Counted from the whole stretch's first letter, positions 1 through 12,461 are shown. The stretch: DNA of 62,987 nucleotides, filler included, from Perkinsus olseni (GCA_013115125.1; 5 parts of 5 records of this genome joined end to end with filler, not necessarily neighbours in it), one strand, 5' to 3'. Numbers and translations: made by a program. The notes: generated by a model not told the origin, from the sequence alone.

Positions 1-263
1 CTCGAGTGACGGAGACAGAGTCTCCCAGACTGGCATCAGAGATCCAATGAGAGCAGGCCATCCACTGGGGCGTAAAATGGCACAGTCTCGTTGGAAGATG
101 GGGGGGGGGGGTAGATCGCGAGATGAGAACCTTCCGCAGAGCCGGGCACTTTTAAGTGAACGCCCTGGCGAGTGACCACTGGTGACACGACACGGCAGGC
201 AAAAATGTTTCAAGCCGAGTGGAGCGCCGTGTGAATAGGGTTTGCATTTGGCGTGGAGGGAGA

Positions 264-332
264 AGAGACGAGCCCGGAATCGAACTTGGGCCACTAGATG
301 CACGGGCCAATGGTCCACCCAACTAATCTGCT
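264..332 (-). pseudogene. Degenerate tRNA-like relic
   Basis: Reverse complement contains ...ggcccaaGTTCGATTCcgggctcgtc (B-box/T-arm); no intact cloverleaf. Confidence 0.45.
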
Positions 333-760
333 GTTGTTGCTTCTATCGTATTTCTGATTCTCCCAAGCCGCGGGGCGCGTCGCGCTCGCCTTCCGCAATG
401 CGGAGTCCGCGGTGCGACTGATCATGTTCCAAGTACGAAATTGGAAGTGCCACTCGACGGGTAGACATTTCTTCGTCGCTCCGTGGCCTTGTTCACGCGT
501 GCGTGTTGGCCGTTTATCGGTGGCAGCCTGCGCATGCGTGCATAGTTAGTATCCCGTCCTGTTGCTGCACTACAACCTCGTAAGGCATGTTCAGGGCGTT
601 GGGTATGGACAGGAAGTTCACAGTGTATACTGTACACGTATGTATAGCCGCGAGGTTGACCGGTCCTGCGAATTCGTAATCCTGCAAGGATTACGTTAAA
701 AGCATTTCATATCTCATCACACTGCTTAAACAAGAGTTGTCGCAGTTATAGACAGATCTC

Positions 761-1890
761 ATGAATCTACACCGCACCTTCCTCATCCTCGCATACCTCA
801 TCCTGGAGGCTCACGGAAGGTTTGCACGCTCACGCCGTTACGGAAGGGTTCGCGAAGAGACCAAGTCGCTGGAAGAGCTCTACGCCGAGGCCATCGCTGA
901 GGGAGGCGACCTTCTCGTCTATCACGGCGGTGATCTCCCTGATGCTGAACTTCAGCAGCTGAAGACGCAGTTGCCAACGCCTTCCGGGAGGCCTTCCCCC
1001 AGATTAACATTACGATAGTCGTCGACTACAGCAAGTACCACGATGCTCGTGTGGACTATCAACTCGAGACGGATACTCTGATTGCCGATATTGTAGCGTT
1101 CCAGACTGTCCAGGACTACCCACGTTGGAAACGCGAAGGCCAGCTATTGCATTACAAACCAGCCGGCTTCTCAGCGGTCTACGACGGCTTCAAGGATGCC
1201 AGAGATGGTGCCTGGTTCTCTCATGTGGTGTATACCTTCAGCTACTTCTACGATCGAGAACTGTTGGCAGCGGAGGGGCTTCAGCCTCCTGCAACTGCCA
1301 ATGACCTGGCTGACCCTCAATACACCAACCTCATAGCCTCCTCCTACCCACACGACGATGACGCCGTTTTGTTCGTCTGCATGCGCCACGTCTATGATTA
1401 CGGTTGGGAATGGGCTAGAAGGCTCGCTGCTTTGCGAGTCGAGTTTAAGCGCGGTTCTGATTCTGCGGGAATGGCCGTGGCAGAGAAGCGCAAGGCCATC
1501 GGTTTGGCCGGATCAGCGCCACGCGGGATTGACACGGTGAGGGTCATGATCGGCCCCAACTCGACCTCTGAGTACCTCACCTGGGCCCAGCATATGGCTA
1601 TCCTTCGGAAGGCTCCTCATCCGGCTGCTGCCAAGCTCTTCGTCAATTGGATAATCTCATTGGAGGTTCAGACGACCCTGCTGGCTGGCTCGTCGACTCG
1701 CACCGACATCCCCCCCCCACCGGGCACCCTACCTCCATGGCGAATCAGGCAGGCTAACTCTCTGTGCTTTCAAAGATTCATGGAAGACCGGGCAAACATC
1801 GAACGTCTCAAGGCTATCTTCGCGCTGCACTTTGGCGAGGTCCGTGGCGAGCCGACCCCTGGTCAACTTGGCCTGTACCCCGGCCTGTAG
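761..1890 (+). pseudogene. Secreted ABC-type (Fe3+/thiamine-class) extracellular solute-binding protein, frameshifted by a 14-nt palindromic insertion at 943-964
   Basis: ORFs 761-1018 (signal-peptide-like start, ELYAEAIAEGGDLLVYHGGD) and 1051-1890 (YPHDDDAVLF, APHPAAAKLFVNWIIS) join into one 371-aa intronless frame (...DAEDAVANAFREAFPQINITIVVDYSKYHDARVD...) when 14 nt are removed. Confidence 0.8.
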
Positions 1891-3293
1891 TCTACAGGCC
1901 GGGGTCTACAGGCTGTTGAGGCGCATGAGACTGGTCGTGGTTATATTCTCATCAGCATAACCGCTGCCGAGTGGATCTCGTGGCTTCTCCACATGTTCGC
2001 CCTAAACGGGCCGACTACGTCACCTTTGCCAGATCCCTTTGTTCGTTCTGGCGGTCTTGTTCCGGCGCGCTCGTTGCATTCGACCGTGACGGTCACGTGT
2101 GAAGTCCCACGATTCCGTCTCTCAGTAGTACTCGATTTCATAAACAAGTGTCATTCGATCGTCAATAGTTGTCCTCTTCTGTCCGAGCTGATGGATTTTC
2201 TTGCATGAGAAAGATTTCCCTTCAGCGCTCGGCATCTCCTACACGGACGAGTTGGCCTACGGCTGAGTCACCGGCTGCAAGTCAGCCACTTAGAATTTTT
2301 TCGTCCATGAACCATGTCGCGTTGTCTCACCTCCTCTGCCACTCGCAGTAGTATACAGTGGTGGAACACTCGTCCACAAAGGTTCGTAAACCATCTGATA
2401 ATCGCCGATTATCAGGGATAATTTAATCGCGCGAATTTCACCCGTATTGGGTGCAAAACCCCTGCACAACGCGTATTGCATAACATAACGCGAAGTGAGT
2501 GATTTTAGACCAGAACGCGAAGAAGGTTGGGCTACTAAATATACCGCCATCCGTGACGCGTTGATGTAACGCGTCACAGGCGAGCCACACTACAATTACA
2601 CAGAGAAAGCTCTCGGAAAGTGCGCCTGTCCGAGCTGGGACAACTGCAGCTCGGAGATCATTTACTAGGTCTCCGAACTAGGAAAATGCAACTAGGACTC
2701 GGAACTCGGAGTGGCTGAGCACTTGAACGGGCTCCAGGTAAGTCTTACCTGCACAATTGAAAATGTAGACGCTGGAAACTGGGCCGCTGCGTTCCACGGA
2801 TGCGTTTTGACGCGAAGAGTTGTCGCAACACATCATATCGCGTGTGTCGCGCGGGAAACAGTTCAACACGCAAAACAGGTGAAACTCTCGGGTGTAACGA
2901 TTTCTGGATGAAGCCCTCATGTGCCAATTTCCTGAAGAAATTTTGAAGTTCAAAGATACGAGGGCATCGGTGACTCTAACGAAGCCACAACGAAGCCTCT
3001 AACGAAGACATTTCTAATTCAGCACGACAACGGCAACCTCCTTGCCGTGCTGAATTGCTGGTCGCACGACTTCTACATCGTCTTCGTACATGTTTAAGAT
3101 ATGGTTGCAGAATCGATTCTGAGTTTTACGGTTCCCGAGAGTTCAGCATTCAGCATCAGCATCGCAGCTTGGCTCGCCGTGTGTGGCGGGCGCCATATTT
3201 CTACGAGTGGCGCTCGCCAAAAAAGCTATGGGCAATCATCGATCCGGATAGGTGGATTCTTCATGCAGGAGTAAGTGATATAAATGGAGCTGC

Positions 3294-3780
3294 GATGATG
3301 AATGAATTATTTATCAGCTACTAGAGCTGAAGTACCATGTTGACTAACAGGACCTATTTTTCTGAACGCAGAGCGAATCTTATGTTGAAGCAAACCAGAT
3401 ACGGAACAAGTTGACTGAATGCAATGCTGTTTATGATGACGAATTCAATTATCAGCTACTAGAGCTGAAGTTTCATGTTGACTTCTAGGACCTATTTTTC
3501 TGAACACAGCACGAATCTTATGTCGAAGCAAACCAAATACGGAATAAGTTGGCTGAATGCAATGCTGTTGATGATGATGAACTTAATTATCAGCTACTAG
3601 AGCTGAAGTATCATGTTGACTTCTAGGACCTATTTTTCTGAACGCAGCACGAATCTTATGTCGAATCAAATCAGATACGGAACAAGTTGAATGAATGCAA
3701 TGCTGTTGATGATGATGAACTTAATTATCAGCTACTAGAGCTGAAGTATCATGTTGACTTCAATGACCTATTTTTCTGAT
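3294..3780. repeat. Tandem repeat, ~138-bp unit, ~3.5 copies
   Basis: ATCAGCTACTAGAGCTGAAG recurs at ~3313, 3450, 3588 and 3727, and the intervening sequence is also conserved. Confidence 0.95.
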
Positions 3781-3870
3781 AACAGCCCATGATATTACCA
3801 GCATCTGCTGACTTGCCAACTCTCATAGAAGACCGCAGGAACTGAATTTTTTGATAAGATGAACTGTGGA

Positions 3871-4564
3871 GTGTGTGTGTGAGTTTATAGTCCAACGCTT
3901 ACGGTTCCGGCTTAGTTAGACTCTGGCCAATGTGCACAGTTGGAGACTTTCTGTAGCATTGACATTGACATTCATTAGCATTGAACTGTGGAAGTCCAGC
4001 CAAGATTGGTGGCAGTTGAATAAACACTTACATGCCATCAAAAGACTCATGTGAGTTCGCCGCTCGTTTTCGAAATTAGTATTTCGAAGATACGCCAAGG
4101 ACCAAAACTCACAGAGCCTCAGCCAGGCTTGTTCGCTCGCTGTACTTTAATCGATGGGATTATTACAATCCTGCTAAGCCACGCTGAGGTTTTCGGACAG
4201 CGATTGTAGAGGATGAGGAAGGGCCAGTGTTCATGGGCTAGTGTTACTTTTCCGGCTGAGTCGGGTGTTTCGACGCTCTGCCCTCTGAGTAAAACTCCCA
4301 TCCGTAAACTAGCTTGAATCGTCTCTTGTGTTGTAAGTGCTAAGAACAGCGTCAACCGGGCTCGCGCAGACCGACGAAAGCACGCAGTGGTTTTGCGAGT
4401 ATCAGACGAGAACGATCACTAGTAGCATCTTCATTTAGTTTCACCTTCTTCGGCTCCGTCTGATTGCGGTGCATATCAACGCTACAGCGAGTCTCCAACT
4501 GAGTACATTCGCAAGAGTCTAACTGAGCCGGAACCGTAAACGTTGGAATATAAACTCACACACA
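3871..4564. repeat. Inverted pair of a ~75-bp dispersed repeat (3871-3948 minus, 4490-4564 plus); third copy at 39139-39213
   Basis: Consensus AGTCTCCAACTG.G.ACAT...AGAGTCTAACT(A/G)AGCCGGA(A/G)CCGT...GTTGGA(C/A)TATAAACTCA(C/A)AC in all three copies. Confidence 0.85.
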
Positions 4565-4762
4565 GACCTTCTTCGGTATAGTCTACTACTCGTTGAAGTG
4601 TCTTGATGTTGTTTTCTGCAGCCACCGAACTCCCAACTACAGCGATGCTGAGCTGCTAATGACGGTATCTTTTGTAGAGCAGTTTTTACGGCGTCTTATT
4701 GTCCTTTATGTTTGCGCTTTACTTGGGAACTGGGTCGTGCTGAAGTGCGGTAGTATCCTTTG

Positions 4763-4888
4763 CAGTGCGTGACATTTTGGTATGCAAATCGCGAAAATTG
4801 ACGTAATCGTGTAACGAGTCGAAACTTCTAAGGAAAGCGGAGAATTACGTCAATTTTCGCTATTTTCATATCACAATGGCACGCACTC
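4763..4888. mobile_element. MITE with ~45-bp imperfect TIRs (CAGTGCGTG...), TA target, Tc1/mariner-type
   Basis: GTGCGTGACATTTTGGTATGCAAATCGCGAAAATTGACGTAAT is mirrored at 4844-4887; the neighbouring diverged copy of the flank (~4975-5080) shows the empty site ...GTAGTATCATT-TA-CATGG... Confidence 0.8.
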
Positions 4889-5868
4889 TACAGGGCATAT
4901 AGATACTAGTAGTGCTCGCTGAGCTAGTATTTAACAGCAGTCATGAGAGCAGCTTGAACGGTTTCCTACTGTCGTGTATGTTTGCGCTTTACTTATAAAA
5001 ACTGGGTCGCGGGAGAGGGTCGTCCTGCGGTGCAGTAGTATCATTTACATGGCGATGTAGATACTTGTAGTGCTCGATGCGCTAACAGCGGATATTCACA
5101 ACTAGCGATTATCGGTTGTCTATGAGTGCAGGATACTCTTGTTAATTTGATCGTTATGAAATCATCTCTTCCGAAGGGAGGCGAGGGAGAGCCTGACGAC
5201 GATGCCGATGATGATCATCACGCTGACGGTGAGAGAAGAAGAATCGGGTTTAATAATAATGTTGGGTAATGGGGGGAGATCACTTGTGGTCGTGTTGCTG
5301 TTTTTTATTATACCCGAAAACCGTATTTCGGTATCGATAGAAGCTTCCTTACGCGTCGTGCTGTACATGGTACAATCGCCACGTCTCTCAGCTCGAAGGC
5401 CGCCGGCTGTCACCACGTGCTTGGGTATCATATCATCGGTAGTTCACTTGCGCGTTTCTTACTGTCGCCGTCTTTGTAATGCGTATCATTTCGTTTGTCG
5501 CAAGCAATGGTGAACCTTGAGACGGACGCTGTGCAGCTATCACGCCGGTAATTTACCCGGAGGTTTGGTGTCTGGAAATTTTTGTTCCTCTCGCGAATTG
5601 GCGGTAATTTTCTATAAAAAATGTTTTTTATTGATTTTTAAGAATCAAATAGTGATCACCGTGTACAAGTTAATTATTCGTAATGTTATTCTACTGAAAT
5701 GGTTCCCTGGGCGTGAAGTTGGAGATTATTAATCATAATTATCCGGCGTACTAGTAATCGCTACGATTAATGTCGATTAATGTGATTAATGGCAACGATT
5801 ACTAACGAAAATTGTCGGCATTAACATGAGCAGATAATCTCCTTTAAGTTACCATAAGCGCGATCAAC

Positions 5869-7366
5869 ATGAGCTCACCAGATGTGTCATCATCTAGCCC
5901 TTCATCACTGGAACTCGTTTTCAGGGCAGCAGGAGCAGCGGACGAGGGCCACAACGCAGTTCCATCGGTGGTTCCCACCTCGCAGCAGCCTACCAGACCA
6001 GCGTTAGTTGCGGTTCCTGATCACATCCGGAATGCCGGTAAAAGAATAAGATTTGACGAAGCAGTTATTGCGGAGCATGATTTGGAGAGGTACTATGGAC
6101 TGCCTTTCACGAGTCTGCTGGGTATCTTCTGTCGAAAGCGGTGAGATATAAGTTGAATTATGTTAGTAGTGTTGCAGTAAGCTATCTCACCGGAGTTTGT
6201 TCCATTTTGCTGAAACTACAACATCAAGGGATCGATCCGGGAACCTTTCGACTACTTCAGAGGCACTCGTATGACTATCGATGAGCCCGATACCCCCTTC
6301 GTTCGCACGCCCCTGAGCAGCGGCGAGTCGAGCGAGGATTCCTCCTCCACGCATGGCGGCCGTGGGGCCCATATTAGGATGGGAGAAGTATCGAGTGAAG
6401 CTCGCCTTCAGAATTTAGCCAACGTAATCACGGGGGTCTAGAGAGTTTTTTGGTTTTTCCCGGAAATTTTCGCTCATTTTGTTAATTTCTGGTCTAGCAT
6501 GTGGAACGTGAAAAATATGTTTCATCTTCCTTGGTTTTTCATTCGGAATGAATCATTCCGTTGTGTTAAGATCTATTGCTTGGATTCATCATCAGTATGT
6601 TGCGCTCATTTCCGTGACTGGTTTAACGCGCAGGGAAATCACGTGGCCGATGAAGATGAAGGTGATGCAGACGGCGGGGCTGCCAGTTTGAGGATAGACT
6701 TTTCGACGGCTACGGCTGATGAGGCGGAGGAGTTAGAGAAAGCTCGGAAGGCTCGGGAGTTTCATGAGAAACGCAGACGACATTATAACGAGATGCAGGT
6801 CATACGGGGGCCTCGCTTGATGGTGAATGAGCGGAGTGTCTAGTGATTTTCCATGAGAATTCGCTGAGTTCACCATTGGCTCAGTAGGGTCCACTGTAGC
6901 ATCAAGATTGCGAAAAAAATTGCCTAGCGGCGTGTGTGTGAACAGCTATTGAGCAAACCAGAGGCATGTCGCAGTCGTGGCGTTTTATGCTTTTCTCCGA
7001 GGATTGTTGGTCGTTGTACTGTCTACAGGATATTCTGCATTAAATTCATTCGCTTGACTTGGCGGTAGAAGCGATAGCCTTTAAAACTGAATTTTATATC
7101 GGTCACGGCCGTTATAGCGAAGGCCTGCTTGTGGTGAATCATAGCCCAGAACGCATCTTGCGGAAAATAATAATAATTTATGAAGTTGCGGAGAAATTGT
7201 GGGGGGATTTTTTCCTTTTCCTGCTCTGCAGATGGTGCGTGCGTTGCGGGAGCAAGGGCGTTTGGAGGCCTCTGAAGAGGAGGAGGACGATCAGACTGAG
7301 CCGTCTGATGGTGCTGCGAGGGATCAGACTATGGAGAACTGTCGGCATCTCGGCAATCCGTGTTGA
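5869..7366 (+). CDS. Protein phosphatase 1 inhibitor-2 (IPP-2 family), 4 exons (~5869-6089, 6261-6423, 6634-6798, 7232-7366)
   Basis: Spliced product has KRIRFDE (RVxF-type), MTIDEPDTPF and FHEKRRRHYNE, the I-2 signature motifs; GT-AG junctions keep frame. Confidence 0.85.
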
Positions 7367-9652
7367 TTTGCGGTCGAGGTATGTGTGGTGTAGTTTCACT
7401 GTTATGGAACGATATTTTTGTTGCTCAGTAGAATCTGGGGAGAATTTCGTGGCGCGCGGTCGGGTGAAATATGCATGGCTTGCGAACTGGTTATGATTGG
7501 CTCTTTGTAGAGGTTCTCGACTGCTGTCGCGTGCGGGGTGACTGGTCTGCGACATCGGGGTGCGACGATATTCTCGCGAGATCGCGAATGAACTACGAAT
7601 TAGTCCGAGGGAAATTCACTCGTAATTGAGATCATTCTGGTGAGCTTCGGAGCTCGTCAGAGGTCGCATGGATCGAAGCTCGTCTGAGTTCTTGAGAACT
7701 GAATCGGTGACGCTGTCGAAGTGGCGTCCGAAGACTCGATTCTGAGCAGGCAAACAGCCAAACAGTGTAGAGGGTTGGGTGCTGGAGCGCAGAGACTAGC
7801 TCCGCCTGTCGAGTGTGAATTTCTCGGTGGCCAATGCGTTCCTCATGTAACGGGTGGAATTCCAACTCAGTTGAGAGAGTGTTTTTTAGATGTGTAGTCC
7901 TTGCCATTGTCAGCTTTCTAAGTCTTTGCTATCTTCCCCTCGACATTGGAGTGGCGGCCCACGTTAAGAAGCTCGGCCGTAGGAGAGATGTCACCCTCTA
8001 AAATTTCTTTGTATGGATTTTCGTTGATTGGAGCTTCTCAGAGCTCCTCAGTTGGTTATAGTAGCCTAGCAGTCACTGGCAGCTGTTACCAAGGGGATTG
8101 CAGCGAGACACTTGATTTATATATGAAAACCTCACCTTTCGGCAAGGTGAAGCGTCTCGGTGGTAAGACCGGAGGTAGGGAGCTTTGCGGTACTTGGCTC
8201 AAGTAACTCAAGAGGTCGCAGCAGTTTACTAACCATCATTCCCGTACCAGTGAGGAATTTCAGACGGTGCTCGTGGAAATACTAACAAAAACCATTTTCC
8301 ACGCCTTGCAGTTGATAGGGCTGATCATGGGGATGCGCGTTCATCGAAGAAATTCCCCGACTCTTGTACTGCATCCGAGAGAGACAGAGTCATAGGGCCT
8401 TTGGCACGATCTTTACCAGTAGTAAATTACCACCAAAGGTCCACGGAGGAGCTGGAGGCTCATGGCTGATACCTCTTAAGCGGCCCGACCGACCCACTGC
8501 ATGGGTACCCCGGTCGGGCCCTATCTCGGAGTCTGGTGTTTAGACTGCTTAGCAGCGACCTCCGAGGTCTACTGACTTAGTAACTCACGCCCTGACGAGT
8601 CTCCAGCGATGCGCACAGGGGAAAGTCGAAGCCACATGGCTAGGTCAGGATATGTGATTGAGATCGGTACCGCTTCTTCGCTGAACATGCGAGAAGAGAG
8701 CTATGCTAATCCTCTTAGAGACGAGACTACGCACGGTGAGGCATTTCCTACTGCCTCCAGTACGACTCTTGACTCGAGATATAGAAACCGCCCGGACTGC
8801 CATATAGCGGGAATCGCAGAGCAACCAGTGTAATCCTCACCCAATACGAACAGTTCGGACTCCCTTTGAGTAACACTCCTCGGAACTTGTTGCCACCTCT
8901 CGAGGCGTGGTTCTGTGAGCTGTGGGTGATGGCTCCTCTCCCGGCCCCTTGTTTGCATGTACCACGTACACTGTATGAAATGTTCCACGAATGATGAAGA
9001 TCGTTGAAGATCGATCCACGATGTTAACTATAGAGGAAGGTAGCAAGCCATATAATCGTAACCCGATCACGTTGGAGCAAACTAATCTCCACGGGACTAA
9101 CCGTTTGTCACTATCATCTCACCTTTCAACTTTTGTGATCCATCCACTGTCGATGATCCCCACATCGGTTTTGAACGACTCTTGTACTGCTGGGAGCGTT
9201 TAAGCACTTGGTCTGCGGCCGAGAGGACCGGAGATCAGCTTCGGTAACTCGCATGGGCCTTTTTGACAAGTTTCCTGTCTGTGATGCGGAGCGGTTGCAC
9301 GCATGTCCCGACTCGGGGCCCCCGAGTGGTTGCACGCGTGGCCTGAGTGAGCCCATGACCATCCAACGCAATAGGTTCTCACGGAATGAGGTAGCTAGCA
9401 CAACTCCCATGACACAGCCTCACGACCTGCAGTGCCTTGTGCCATGGACTGCGTCGGGACTTCATGATATGCCAGTGCGTTTTGGAACCTAAACACCTAG
9501 CCTATGGTCGTTACTGTGTTTTCGGTACAGTGCATGAGGTCCTGACAGGACCGTCCTGTAGTGGCTGAGGATCGTTCGCAGATAGACAATGAATTGACAG
9601 GACCTTTTTCCTCAGCTCTGGTTAATCCCTAAGCACGGTTTCCTGACAATCC

Positions 9653-10136
9653 ATGCTTTCCGTGATCCTCGCCATCGGAGCTCTCATCAGCGTCAATGAT
9701 GCGTATCTGCCGGACGGCAACTTTGCGGGGAGGGTTAAGTCCCCCTTCCTCTCCGTCGATTGTATCTTCGACCCTGGTTCTGGCGTCTCCTCCGTGCACA
9801 TGGTGGTTGGATGTGATGAGGGGAAACCCGCAGCTGTGGGACGTTTCGAGATCAAGCCGTCGACCTATCCGCCCAACCTATACGTGAACACGGATTTCAG
9901 GAACCCGAGTTACATGAGTACATACTCACGGACATAAGCTTTGCAGTTCAGCAATCATAATGATTGCTGAACTGCAAAGCTTATGTCCGCGGCGTGGATT
10001 CCTGAGGGACGATTTCGGGAGGTTCGAGAGGATCAAGGGAAAGACTATCTTGCACGATGATTATCGTGTATATTATGCCAGGGACAGAAAGTCGGTTCTC
10101 CTGACGAGACTTACTAATACCTCTGATTCGGTTTAG
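9653..10136 (+). pseudogene. Small secreted protein, paralog of 11422-11856, frameshifted by a 40-nt fold-back insertion
   Basis: Aligns end to end with the 144-aa paralog (IGALIS.N, HMVVGCDE.+PAAVGRFEI, DDYRV.YA, LLTRL) once 9920-9959 is removed. Confidence 0.85.
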
Positions 10137-11421
10137 CGGGGTCGTGTATGAACCGTCATGAGGTAGAGCGGAGAGGTTGAAGGTCGTCGCAGTGCTGTAA
10201 TGATTTCGATTACTCTGATCTCAGATCAGTGATCTGGCGATTGTCACGTATTCCAGGATGTCGATCTTATTAGGATACGCTCGAATAAGATCTCGTGATT
10301 GAGCCAGTGCATCCTTTCTTTGTTCGTATGCTTATTAATAATAAGTATTTACTAGTATTAATAATAATACTAATAATAATAAGTTATTATTAGACTCATT
10401 GAGAAGGAGTGGAGGATCGAGGACTCGTCTGTGACGCGATCATACCTGAATCGTGATGTTTGCTGTGAAGCCCGTGTTGTGCCGCACTGCTTCGTCAGTC
10501 CTACTCTGTGATACTCACGTACTTCATGGTCTCTCATTTTTTCTATTTCGTCAATATCGCTCCGACAGGGAGGATATTCCCATCGCAGAAGAAACTGTCG
10601 AGTTGCACGAGGGTCAGTCATCGATAACGCCTCCCGGGGTCCCCAGCGGGCGAGAGGTCGTGAACACTGTGTCACTCAAACTGAATCAGTGTGCCCAGTA
10701 AGAATTTTGGTTCGCAATTATTGACCATGCATGGAGGGAAATGTCGGTCGACATGATGTCATTGAACAGAGCCCGAACGCGAAGCGATGTCATCGACATC
10801 GCTTCGCTCCTTCTGCGCTGCACGTTATTCAGATTAACCACCACCAATTCCAACTTTCTCAGTCCATGCCTAGGCTCAATGCTTTCTGAGCCCAGTGGAG
10901 CAAGGTCGTGTAGCACCGTGCATCTCTGAGCTCGTCAGGGACGCCTGTGGATGTTAAGAAAGAAGCGCAGAAGAGGTAGTCGTGGGGCGGAGGTGTTGGG
11001 CCAGAATTGCCTCCGTACACTGCTGTCTGGGGGTAATACTAACTGCCCGTGCTGAGTAAAGGGCAGAAGCTGTTGATGTCCGTTTTCGAGCAGCGAACAG
11101 GACAGGTTATTTATGTGGAAATAGAATTCGCGACCAGTTCACTGTGAGAAAGCGGTCATTGAAATGATACGTGGATCTGGGGTGGTGGGAGAGGTGTGAA
11201 GGAAACACGGACAATTGTAGTCTGGTCAGCCGACACGGGTGCCTTGAGGCTGTTGATATAACTTCGGGTGGCCGTGGCCACTGGCCGAGCCGGAAATTGG
11301 TAAGCCGGGAAAAGATTGATTTGGGTGGCGCGCGGAAAATCGAGAACATCTCGATTTCCCGCACGACAAGTCAGATTCCTGCTGGTCCCCCTTGGGGAAG
11401 AGGTAATTAAACCTTCTACCT

Positions 11422-11856
11422 ATGCTTTTCGTGACCTTCACCATCGGAGCTCTCATCAGCATTAACTCGGGGTCCTTGCCACGCGGGAACTACGCGGGAA
11501 GGCATGCTACCCCCTACCTCTTTGTTGATTGTACTTTTGCACCAGCAGAAGCTGCTGCTGCCCGTGCATATGTACACATGGTGGTTGGATGCGATGAGCG
11601 AAGACCGGCAGCCGTTGGGCGGTTCGAAATCGGTCAGGTGGCCGATCATCCTAGACGATTTGCGGTCACCGATACTCAAGGTCCGAGCTATATGAACATG
11701 ATAGAAGACCTGAAAAGTATATGTCCACAGCGTGGCTTCCATTATGGCGATTTCACAGTATTCGAAAAGATTCAGGGACTGCGTCCGGTAGCAGATGATT
11801 ATCGTGTTTTTTACGCTGGGCCCAATCAGTCGATCCTTTTGACGAGACTTTCCTGA
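11422..11856 (+). CDS. Single-exon small secreted protein of unknown function (144 aa)
   Basis: Hydrophobic N-terminus followed by LPRGNY; intact ORF; paralog 1.8 kb upstream. Confidence 0.75.
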   Translation: MLFVTFTIGALISINSGSLPRGNYAGRHATPYLFVDCTFAPAEAAAARAYVHMVVGCDERRPAAVGRFEIGQVADHPRRFAVTDTQGPSYMNMIEDLKSICPQRGFHYGDFTVFEKIQGLRPVADDYRVFYAGPNQSILLTRLS

Positions 11857-12461
11857 CTCGGGCAGCCCGAGTCGGGCTTTCGGAGTCATTCATCAAGCTC
11901 CGCGTTAGATTCGTTCATGTGATTGAACTGAGAGGCCCTTGTGCATTCGAGTGATGACTTCATATCGTTTGTTTGCCATTCTTCTGGTGCTCATCTATGC
12001 CATGTCTATCCATTTAATGGATTCCATTAATTCCATGGGCTAGCGTACTACTGGATGTTATATAGTTGCTATCATTGCTCAGTGTCCGCCGTGTGAACTT
12101 TGGTTCGTCAGTATTCACCACGCATGAACGGGCGGCATGGGGCCCATGCCATGGGCAGCCCATGATGGGCTGTGGCATAGCCGCTATGCTACTATTAGCG
12201 TTTCTCTTTCTATTGCAGCTACTACAGGCGGTGGTATCAGCGGTGGTCTACCGTTTTTCCTGCTGCAACGGCTGCTGAATAGATAAATTTCAGCTGGTTC
12301 TCTCGAGTAGTTTTGTCATACTAATGTCAGTGGCCAGTCATTTATATGCAGCCAGCAGTACTCCCGTGACGATGCCGAGTCGGCCGGCGCAGACCTCCTC
12401 GGGGACACCGACGCCCATGGATGTTAAAAGAATGGCTGAAGAGGTAGTAAGTGGACGGAGG

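Noticed and set aside
761-1890. Bacterial contamination or a programmed frameshift in the ABC-binding gene
   Set aside because: No operon partners, the same contig has spliced eukaryotic genes, and the shift is fully explained by a 14-nt palindromic insertion with no slippery site.
3294-3780. CRISPR-like array
   Set aside because: The whole unit repeats with no unique spacers, there are no cas genes, and the context is eukaryotic.
8193-8203. CTTGGCTCAAG, the 3' end of the perkinsid/dinoflagellate spliced leader
   Set aside because: Only 11 nt match; the ACCGTAGCCAT 5' half is absent, so chance is sufficient.
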